Positions 7,763 to 14,590 of a stretch of 14,590 nucleotides of DNA are shown in pieces; the stretch's first letter is position 1, and the number at the start of each line of letters is the position of its first letter. The translations under genes were made by a program, and so were the position numbers. Source of the stretch: a virus (Duplodnaviria > Heunggongvirae > Uroviricota > Caudoviricetes); the IMG/VR virus record IMGVR_UViG_2585427790_000008; one strand, written 5' to 3'. The notes below the pieces were generated by a model that was given only the letters and a program-made list of their open reading frames with translations, did not search any database and had not been told where the DNA came from.

Positions 7763-8838
7763 GTGATTTCCCCCACGGTCAGCAACTCTGTATCTCCGGC
7801 CATCACGGACTTCAGCGGGCTGCGAACTTCAAAATCCTCCAGTCCTTTCACCCCTGCAACAGCCCGCCAGAATGATGAAGGCAATACAAGTCCACCCGGC
7901 CGCGATTCGTTATAAAGCAGGTCCGTTAATGCCTGTTTTACGGCAGCCTGATTTTCCGGCGTTTTGGGTACAATCCTGATCTCAAACGCCACCGGCTTAT
8001 TGGTCAGCTTAAACACGCTGATTGTCGGCCCAAGTGGCTGACCAACGGGCTGGCCCGTCGCCGGATCATCATGACTGCGGATATAATCCGCCACCCGCTT
8101 CACATCACCTTCTCCGGGGAAAATGTCAGGGTTATTATCCTGAACAAAAGTCACACCAACACTACCCGCCTCAGGCCATTCAGGCTTACACCATGCCCGC
8201 GTCACGCCCGGTACTTCCCGTGCCCAGCGTTCAAAATCATACTGTGTTCCCCCTGATGGCGGGTTCTGTACCCGGAATACCAGCCTGGACAGCAACTCCG
8301 GCACCGTTTCCACATCCGCACCACCGGTGAGTCCCGTGCCGGTGACCGTGGCTGTCTGGTTGATGCCTGCCTGTGGCGTGATAAAGGACAGGCGGGTTCC
8401 GGTCGGGGTATTTCCAGCGCGCCCCGCACTTTCCGCCTCCACATTAACATTCAGTGTTCCAGCTTTTCCGGTCGCAGAGCCGGTGATGCGGTACACAACA
8501 CCATCGCTTCGCTGAAGGAGTACGCCTTCCGTGATCCCTGCATCCGTGGTCAGCATCAGTTGTACCGGTCCGTCAGCGCGGGAAGCCGGTTTACGGATGA
8601 CACCCCAGAATGCGCAGTGTTTCAGGAGTTCGGCTTCATCAGCTTCTGTCGGAATTATCTGCCGGGAGATCCAGGCCAGATGTTCATGCTCCTGTGCTGA
8701 CAGACCCGCCAGTGCATACGCAATGGCATTCAGGGTGGTTTCATTCACGCCCGGCTGCGAACCGGGCAGGCGCTGGCTGATATCCTGTTGTGTCTGTGTG
8801 ATCAGTTGCGCCAGTGGTAAGGGCTGATAAGGCATCAT
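7753..8838 (-). CDS. Baseplate J-like protein (Mu gp47-like), 361 aa
   Basis: Size and order typical of a baseplate wedge gene; overlapping stop/start coupling with neighbours. Confidence 0.7.
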   Translation of the reverse strand: MMPYQPLPLAQLITQTQQDISQRLPGSQPGVNETTLNAIAYALAGLSAQEHEHLAWISRQIIPTEADEAELLKHCAFWGVIRKPASRADGPVQLMLTTDAGITEGVLLQRSDGVVYRITGSATGKAGTLNVNVEAESAGRAGNTPTGTRLSFITPQAGINQTATVTGTGLTGGADVETVPELLSRLVFRVQNPPSGGTQYDFERWAREVPGVTRAWCKPEWPEAGSVGVTFVQDNNPDIFPGEGDVKRVADYIRSHDDPATGQPVGQPLGPTISVFKLTNKPVAFEIRIVPKTPENQAAVKQALTDLLYNESRPGGLVLPSSFWRAVAGVKGLEDFEVRSPLKSVMAGDTELLTVGEITWL

Positions 8839-9272
8839 TCCCCCTTCATATCAGCATAAAAAATCATCGGATGTCTGCTTCCGTCCGGCAGGGTGATTTT
8901 CACGGAAAGCGAAAGGCGAGCATGCCCCACACGCATGGCATGACATACCACGGATGTGGCAGCACCGCTTTTATGCAGCCACGCCAGCGCTTCATCAGCA
9001 TAGGCCTGTGCACGGCTGACCACGGAGGACAGCGTCTTTTCACGGCTTAACAGCCAGAGACGGGAGCCAACGGGGCGCTCCCGGAAACTGTCTCCCCACC
9101 ATCCCCGACGGTCACGGGTGCCGTCAGGGATTTCATCGGAATCCAGCGCCCGCCTGTCCGTAAACAGTGAAATAATGACCGCAGTCAGCAGGCTGTTATC
9201 CGTCAGAAGATCTGCGCCGTTCAGTTGCAGGGAACCGCAACCCTGATCCCAGACGACAGCAATATCAGCCAT
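8835..9272 (-). CDS. Baseplate protein, Mu gp46 / P2 gpW-like (~145 aa)
   Basis: Start placed at the internal ATG (MADIAVVWDQ...), which overlaps the upstream gene end by 8 nt; the track ORF is extended 71 codons into the upstream gene. Confidence 0.65.
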   Translation of the reverse strand: MADIAVVWDQGCGSLQLNGADLLTDNSLLTAVIISLFTDRRALDSDEIPDGTRDRRGWWGDSFRERPVGSRLWLLSREKTLSSVVSRAQAYADEALAWLHKSGAATSVVCHAMRVGHARLSLSVKITLPDGSRHPMIFYADMKGE

Positions 9273-9879
9273 TCTCTGGTCCTCCCGTTTTGCTGCCTTC
9301 ACCGTTATCGTGATGCACATGACCTGAATAGGTGATCCCGGCAATAACCGCTTCGGACATCGTGAACGTCCCCTGTGATCTTCCGGTGCCGTCAATGGAC
9401 ACATTGCCTTTGACATGCAGGTTCTTATCCACTGTGACATTACCGGTAAAGTGAGCCTCCGGTGTATCCACCTGAACACCTTCATCGGCGTAAATCTCCA
9501 GCGTCTTACAGGTCACAATGATCCGGCCGTTCTTTGTCAGACGTATACGGTGCCCCTCATGGTGATACACGCCGGTATCTCCGGCGGTAAGTCCGGTCGG
9601 GCGACTGCGGCGGTCTTCCACCACAAGCACCACGGCCTGATCCCGTTGTCCGCCAGCACAGGCCAGAAAAACTTCCGCACCAGGCAGGGGGACGCTGATT
9701 TGCCCGTACTGCTGGGGGCGTTCAACGTCATCAAAGGTTTCACCATCCATACCGGTGATTTGCACATTCTGGATTTTCAGCGTGTCCGTTGTGCCGGTCA
9801 GTACACCACGCCCGAACAGCAGACGAACACCCCGCATCACGGGGGCCAGAAGGCGGCTGATGACTTCGTCATTCATCAT
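9265..9879 (-). CDS. Baseplate central spike protein (Mu gp45 / P2 gpV-like), 204 aa
   Basis: Size and order; Gly-rich beta-strand-like C-terminus; coupled to flanking genes. Confidence 0.7.
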   Translation of the reverse strand: MMNDEVISRLLAPVMRGVRLLFGRGVLTGTTDTLKIQNVQITGMDGETFDDVERPQQYGQISVPLPGAEVFLACAGGQRDQAVVLVVEDRRSRPTGLTAGDTGVYHHEGHRIRLTKNGRIIVTCKTLEIYADEGVQVDTPEAHFTGNVTVDKNLHVKGNVSIDGTGRSQGTFTMSEAVIAGITYSGHVHHDNGEGSKTGGPENG

Positions 9880-10993
9880 TGAATTTAATCCCCTGTTTTT
9901 TCATCTGTGCCCGCACGAAGGCGTCCACGTCACCCGCATTTCCGCTTCCGCTGTTTCCCGGCTCTGCCGGAACAATAAAGCCGTCACGGGGTGCCAGAAT
10001 CAGACGGGTGGTTTCGCCGTGATTTGCATCCAGCGAAAACTCCACCTGACAGACAAGAAGATCACGCTCTTCCACTCCGGTGCGGGGAGCCGTGACAGCC
10101 GTCAGCAGGTTGATATCCCACAACTGGCCGTTCTCCCGAAACCAGTGCCGCACGGTGGCTGTCAGGCGCACAGAGCGGGCAACCGCCCGGCGCATTTCCC
10201 GGACAGCCCTCTGGCGTGCACCGTCTGCATCAACAGCATGATCCGCCAGCACAATTTTCGGTCTGTAACGGTGGATGGCACTGTCTGTCACCGTACCAAC
10301 GGGTGCGGCCAGCGTTCCGGCTGTCAGTGCATCCCCGGCATGACCACCACCACGCCCGTGCCCCCGTACACGGTATTCACTGTGGCGCAGACGGTGATCC
10401 ACGTTGTGATCCAAATCCAGCAGATTTTCGCCCAGCGTCAGCGTGTCGCCACGCTGACTGCCGGCCTGAGTGAAAACCAGTTCACCGGCGGCATTACTGG
10501 TTACCAGGACGCCTCTGTGTCTCGCGGCCCGTGTCAGCGCATCTGCCACGGTTTCTGAGTTTTCCAGTGTGAAGGTGGAAAAGTGCCGGGCTGCCGTTGC
10601 ATCATTTACCTGCCAGCGCACCGTGACCCCGAACGGAGCACACAAATCTGAAGCAATGTGCTCCAGCGTGCGGTTCCTCCACTGGCTGCCCGGATGAATG
10701 GCTGAACAGTCCACCAGGTCACCGGTTTTATCCCGTCCGCTGAGCGTGATCTGAAAACGCGTGGCGCTGATGCGCTGCCGGACCTGATCCAGCCAGCCAG
10801 TGATCACAGGCTGACCGTCAATGCGCAATTCCAGAGACTGACCGGCACGGACGGATGACGGAAGGCGTACACCGGGCATCATTACCCCCAGTTCAAAGGA
10901 GCCCGCCAGATGTTCAAGAGAGCGACGAACACTCACCGTCAGCCAGCCGGAAAAAATCTCACCGCCCAGATACAGTTCAACCCTGCTGCTCAC
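9869..10993 (-). CDS. Baseplate hub/tail protein (Mu P/gp44, P2 gpD-like), 374 aa, GTG start
   Basis: Size and order; GTG at 10991-10993 preceded by GGAGGTGA; first gene of the retained tail module. Confidence 0.7.
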   Translation of the reverse strand: MSSRVELYLGGEIFSGWLTVSVRRSLEHLAGSFELGVMMPGVRLPSSVRAGQSLELRIDGQPVITGWLDQVRQRISATRFQITLSGRDKTGDLVDCSAIHPGSQWRNRTLEHIASDLCAPFGVTVRWQVNDATAARHFSTFTLENSETVADALTRAARHRGVLVTSNAAGELVFTQAGSQRGDTLTLGENLLDLDHNVDHRLRHSEYRVRGHGRGGGHAGDALTAGTLAAPVGTVTDSAIHRYRPKIVLADHAVDADGARQRAVREMRRAVARSVRLTATVRHWFRENGQLWDINLLTAVTAPRTGVEERDLLVCQVEFSLDANHGETTRLILAPRDGFIVPAEPGNSGSGNAGDVDAFVRAQMKKQGIKFNDE

Positions 10994-11046
10994 TAATCAC
11001 CTCCACTGAATGGCCTCCGGGAATGAACAGCGGATCAACAATACCG

Positions 11047-11454
11047 TTACGGCGCACAAAACGTTGCCAGCCGGTACTGTTCCCGGTGGCACGGTACAGG
11101 GTCACCAGTGCAGGCTCGGTGGTACGTACAGTCACTACTGTTGCACCGGGTAACGTTAATACAGCCCATCAGGCGAACCGCCTGAAACAGTGCGCGCAGC
11201 TCCTGGACTGTCTGAGTTTCCACAAACTGCGGCGGTTCCGGCAGTGCGCTTTGTTTATTCCAGTTCTCATACCAGGAGCGCAGGGAAGCAGCCACAGCAG
11301 CGTTATCGCCTTTATATTTTCCCTTACGGAAAGCCGATAATGTGCCGTCGGAAATTCCCGCCTCTCTGGCGATGGCATACTGCGTCAGTACGCCGCCATC
11401 AATAAGTTCATCAATGGTCTTGATTACATCGTTAATATCGGTCATATTATTCAC
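11047..11454 (-). pseudogene. Truncated Mu B-like transposition protein: N-terminal DNA-binding domain only, AAA+ ATPase domain deleted
   Basis: ...AIAREAGISDGTLSAFRKGKYKGDNAAVAASLRSWYENW...LPEPPQFVETQTV aligns with the MuB N-terminus (...LPEPPRFVETQTV); the Walker A box (GNPGVGKT) expected next is absent and the frame ends 35-40 codons later. Confidence 0.75.
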
Positions 11455-11527
11455 CTCGCTTGAGACAGCATTCTCCGAGACTGAAACCTCAAATAACCTG
11501 AGTCACCCCTCGGGTTATTTTTTTATT

Positions 11528-13618
11528 TCAGGCCAGCGGATCACTTTCTTTTAATTTCGCTTCGAGCAGTTGCAATCCCCGCTGGAAATTACGCTCGTAT
11601 TCTTCATCAGGTTCATCGTCAGCGACCGGTTGCTGAACGGTCACCGTATTACCCACAGGGCGGTATATGTTTTCCAGCCAGGGCTCCTGCGGCTTGTGCT
11701 CCAGCACGTTGACAACCTCATCCTCGGCATCACGGATTTTTTCCTCTGCGCGTTTACGCATGCCTTTAAGGCGCTGCTGCTGTTTGTAGTATTCCGCGCT
11801 GACAGGGAAGGCTTCGCGTTTATTGCCGTCCCATACCGCCTCGCAAATCACGCTGCCATCCGGGCGGCGCACGGTAATTCGTTCGGCATCATGAATGTCA
11901 TAGCTGATAAGTACCTTACGGCCATGCTCGTCACGCAGCTCGGGCGCGTAGTAAATATTATTCAGCCAGCGTATTTCACAGCGTCTTACAGGGCGCTCCA
12001 CCATCGGCCGGAACATATCCCGCAGTTCAACATCGGACAGCCATTCAATTTCCGTGTCCTCTTCCGCCAGGCGTTTTTTTCTGAACTCCGCCGGGCTGTA
12101 ATGTTTACCGTTCGGCTTCATGGGTAATTCATCGTGCGGCCGGTTGTTGTACCACTCAACACCGTCACGAATGGCATCAATCAGTTCAGACCAGGACGGT
12201 AAATCACGCATCGCTGACTGCTGCCGGGCGTTCAGCCGTTTGCCCTGTTGCAGGGCACTGAATGCCGAGCGTAAATCGCGGTTGGTTTTACGTAACGTCT
12301 CGCGATCTGCTCCTTTCCCGAAATAGGTGCGGTATTTACGGGCTATGCGCATCGGTAATGTGCGGTTAAGCCGTTCGATAATGCCCCGTCCCTGCGGATT
12401 ACCGGCAATCCCTGTCGGGTGATTAATCCCCAGTCGTGGCAGTATCCCCACAATCTCCTTATCCAGGACGTCGGCGGTTTCCCCGGAGCCATTATCCGAG
12501 TAATACAGAAACGGTTTGCCATGATGGCGAATACCGTGCTGTATGGCACCGGCTACGGCGAAAACATTTTCAGCCAGGTCAAGGCTCCAGCCCACCACAA
12601 AGCGCGTGCCACCGTCGATAACAAAGGTCACTTCCGGTGCGAATGGCCGCCCGTGAACCGGGTGCGCGCATTTCAGCTTCATGCCGTGACCGTCACCAAT
12701 CCAGACATAATTCACCGGCATTCTGGACCAGTCGCGGCGCGTGAATCCCTCAAGCTGACGGTATTCACTGCCAGTTACCCGGCCTTTTTGTTTCACCACT
12801 TCCGGCAGTTTCTTCATTGCGCGGCGAATGGTGTCATAAGAGGGCATGATATCGAGCATATAAGGCTCATCAGCGTGCCGGTGCTGCCATTCAGCAACAA
12901 AATCCTCGTAAGCCTCGGTCATTGGTCGGCCGTTTGACTGGCGATACTGCGCCAGAAATTCGGGCAGCCAGTTAATATCTTCGGCTTTTATTTCCTGGCG
13001 TTTACCCGGTGCCAGTAAAAGCAGGCGTTCAGCGGCGTTCTGTGCCTTGTTAAAGGCCGCAATCCAGCGTTTCAGCGTGATTTCACTCAACGCGCGGCTG
13101 TTTCCCTTTTTGGCGTTCGCCGTCTCAACCATTGCCACAATGCGCTCGTCCAGTTGTGATCGTGCCAGGCTGTTAACGAGGAACCGGATAGCCTTAGCGC
13201 AACTAAAGCCGGGTTGTTGCGCGATTTTCAGCACCTCGCTGACGATCGCTATTCGTGCCTCTGCCACTTTACGTTGGTTTTCAGTCAGGGCATTGAGGCG
13301 TTCGACCATCAGTTGGGGTGATCCGCGATATGCCTCCACCGCATCAACCACGGCAGGTGAGCGTCTGGCCTTTGTCACCACCGGAGCCGGTGATTCATCG
13401 GCTTTTTGCGTCATCAGTTGCAGGGCGTAGCGTTCACGTAATGCCTGCTGCGTCACTTCAGGTAAACAGTCGATGCTGTATTCAGTTGCTTTAGAGCCTG
13501 AGCGACGACGGGAACAACAGCTTTTCCCTTGTACGTAACGTTGTAATGCCTGGCGAATACCTTTTGTTGTAGCAGGCATTCCGGGCGCGCCAATCAGTTC
13601 TTTTGCAATGACATACAT
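11528..13618 (-). CDS. Mu A-like DDE transposase, 696 aa, apparently intact
   Basis: Length and position after ner; candidate DDE residues in WIGDGH, YYSDNGSGE and IIERLNR, spaced as in MuA. Confidence 0.8.
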   Translation of the reverse strand: MYVIAKELIGAPGMPATTKGIRQALQRYVQGKSCCSRRRSGSKATEYSIDCLPEVTQQALRERYALQLMTQKADESPAPVVTKARRSPAVVDAVEAYRGSPQLMVERLNALTENQRKVAEARIAIVSEVLKIAQQPGFSCAKAIRFLVNSLARSQLDERIVAMVETANAKKGNSRALSEITLKRWIAAFNKAQNAAERLLLLAPGKRQEIKAEDINWLPEFLAQYRQSNGRPMTEAYEDFVAEWQHRHADEPYMLDIMPSYDTIRRAMKKLPEVVKQKGRVTGSEYRQLEGFTRRDWSRMPVNYVWIGDGHGMKLKCAHPVHGRPFAPEVTFVIDGGTRFVVGWSLDLAENVFAVAGAIQHGIRHHGKPFLYYSDNGSGETADVLDKEIVGILPRLGINHPTGIAGNPQGRGIIERLNRTLPMRIARKYRTYFGKGADRETLRKTNRDLRSAFSALQQGKRLNARQQSAMRDLPSWSELIDAIRDGVEWYNNRPHDELPMKPNGKHYSPAEFRKKRLAEEDTEIEWLSDVELRDMFRPMVERPVRRCEIRWLNNIYYAPELRDEHGRKVLISYDIHDAERITVRRPDGSVICEAVWDGNKREAFPVSAEYYKQQQRLKGMRKRAEEKIRDAEDEVVNVLEHKPQEPWLENIYRPVGNTVTVQQPVADDEPDEEYERNFQRGLQLLEAKLKESDPLA

Positions 13619-13619
13619 A

Positions 13620-13868
13620 TCATGACGCCTTTCTCATATAGCTCTTAACCTGGTATCGACTGGGCCAGATTTCTTCAGGTGATACCCCAAGAGCATCAGC
13701 AATTATTTGCTGATACGGTCGGCAAGGAGTACGTAATACGCTTTTCAGCGAATCCCTGCTGTAACCAGCCTTTAAAGATAAAGAGCGCAGTGATAAGCCA
13801 GCCATGTGTAAGCGCGCCTTGATGATTTCAGGCGGCCAATCGTGATCTGAAACTTCTCTTCTACTCAT
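13620..13868 (-). CDS. ner: Ner-like DNA-binding regulator, 82 aa
   Basis: ...LSLRSLSLKAGYSRDSL...QQIIADALGVSPEEIWPSRY matches Mu Ner (...LSLSALSRQFGY...EQIIANALETKPEVIWPSRY); RBS GAGGAAG upstream; ends 1 nt before the A start. Confidence 0.85.
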   Translation of the reverse strand: MSRREVSDHDWPPEIIKARLHMAGLSLRSLSLKAGYSRDSLKSVLRTPCRPYQQIIADALGVSPEEIWPSRYQVKSYMRKAS

Positions 13869-14059
13869 ACTTCCTCTATTCTAAAAAGTTACCCGCGCGG
13901 ATATTCGTGCGGATATCTGTACGGGTAAATAATGCATCACCAAAAATACCAAATCAAGGTATTTTTGGTATTTTTGGCTAATTTTTGCTTTTACCCTTAT
14001 TTTTCAATTGGATAAATAGAAAGAAACCTTTCCTTAGAAAAGCACCAAGAGGTATCTTT
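13869..14059. promoter_or_regulatory. Divergent repressor/ner control region with operator-like palindromes
   Basis: CCAAAAATACC-7 nt-GGTATTTTTGG followed by a tandem TATTTTTGG, between divergently oriented c and ner (~13941-13976). Confidence 0.5.
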
Positions 14060-14590
14060 ATGTCGCAGGGAAAAGAACCTGTTATTGAACGTATTGGAAT
14101 GCTTACAAAGCGCTACCCTTCAAGAAGTGCAGCTGCCAGAGCGTGGGGAATCAATATCAACACATTAAACAGCTATTTCAAGGGAGGACAAACACAACCA
14201 GCCCCCAGAGAAAGTATCCTTATACGAATTTCTGAAAGTGAAGGCGTTAGTCTTGAGTGGCTTAAAGAGGGCAAGGGTGAATTACCAAACGATATTGGTA
14301 TTTATGGTAATTTTGGTTGTTCTGGTGATAAGGGAGATCAGCTTACACAGATGCTTTCATTCCTTACGAAAGACGAACGAGAACAGTTAACCAATCTCCT
14401 TGCTCGCAAAGGTGTAGAGACGGTTCTGACACTGCTGAATAAAGAAAACCAGGATTTATTACAACTAGAAGGCAGGAAGCGCCTGGCTGCGTTGATGATT
14501 GTAGATATGCCAGACGATTGCGTCAGAGAGATTTTGGAAAAAACCGAGACAAGTAGGCAATCAAATCCGGTAGAATCTAAAGCGGGTTAG
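14060..14590 (+). CDS. Mu c-type prophage repressor (176 aa); stop codon is the last 3 nt of the window
   Basis: Divergent from ner across an operator region; start chosen at the ATG with AAGAGG 7 nt upstream (the track ORF starts 25 codons earlier at 13985). Confidence 0.65.
   Translation: MSQGKEPVIERIGMLTKRYPSRSAAARAWGININTLNSYFKGGQTQPAPRESILIRISESEGVSLEWLKEGKGELPNDIGIYGNFGCSGDKGDQLTQMLSFLTKDEREQLTNLLARKGVETVLTLLNKENQDLLQLEGRKRLAALMIVDMPDDCVREILEKTETSRQSNPVESKAG

Larger units (their letters stand above)
217..14590 (-). mobile_element. Defective Mu-like transposable prophage; right end near 217, left end beyond the window; carries a large internal deletion
   Basis: Mu-like gene order: c, ner, A, B', then P/gp44-gp45-gp46-gp47-gp48-S-U, invertible segment, gin, com, mom. 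Head, lysis, sheath, tube and tape-measure genes are absent. The host gene is interrupted at the left. Confidence 0.8.

Noticed and set aside
8835-9485. 216-aa extended version of the gp46-like gene
   Set aside because: The extension runs 71 codons into the upstream gp45-like gene in another frame. The internal ATG at 9270-9272 gives the expected ~145-aa protein with typical overlap coupling.
9755-10558. 267-aa + strand ORF (and similar + strand ORFs at 8022..8330, 9415..9882, 10216..10473, 11570..12127, 12419..12937, 13047..13430)
   Set aside because: They lie antisense to long, syntenic minus-strand phage genes in GC-rich DNA, and have no RBS and no recognisable motifs. They are most likely shadow ORFs.
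11455-11527. Weak hairpin with a T-run between the A stop and the B' start
   Set aside because: The stem is only 4 bp and the T-run is on the + strand, opposite to the A-B transcription direction; probably not a functional terminator.
13985-14059. N-terminal 25-codon extension of the repressor ORF
   Set aside because: The extension runs through the operator palindromes and has no RBS, whereas the ATG at 14060 has AAGAGG upstream.

Overview
This window is almost entirely a defective Mu-like (transposable) prophage, drawn in reverse orientation relative to the standard Mu map, inserted into a host LytTR-family response-regulator gene (ypdB-like, cut off after codon 71 at ~214-216). Reading right to left on the minus strand: a c-type repressor (+ strand, ends at the window edge), an operator region, ner, an intact DDE transposase A, and a B gene that loses homology after ~100 codons. 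B is followed directly by a baseplate and tail-fibre module (Mu P/gp44, gp45, gp46, gp47, gp48, S-like tail fibre, U-like assembly chaperone). The whole middle of a Mu genome (B ATPase domain, early region, C, lysis, head, sheath, tube, tape measure) is missing. The tail-fibre 3' end sits in a G-segment-like invertible region with ~127-bp inverted repeats and recognisable gix/hix-type crossover sites, an alternative promoterless fibre C-terminus on the + strand, and only one assembly gene. The adjacent gin-like invertase is split by a -1 frameshift in a homopolymer. Between the invertase and com/mom lies ~3.4 kb of apparent cargo: a 684-aa SGNH/SASA sialate-O-acetylesterase-like gene (NanS-p-like) and two or three small ORFs, including a predicted single-pass membrane peptide. 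A com/mom-like pair with clustered GATC sites upstream closes the element about 120 bp from the host junction. All protein calls rest on motifs and similarity recalled from memory, plus gene order; no database search was run. I found no CRISPR array, tRNA or rRNA.
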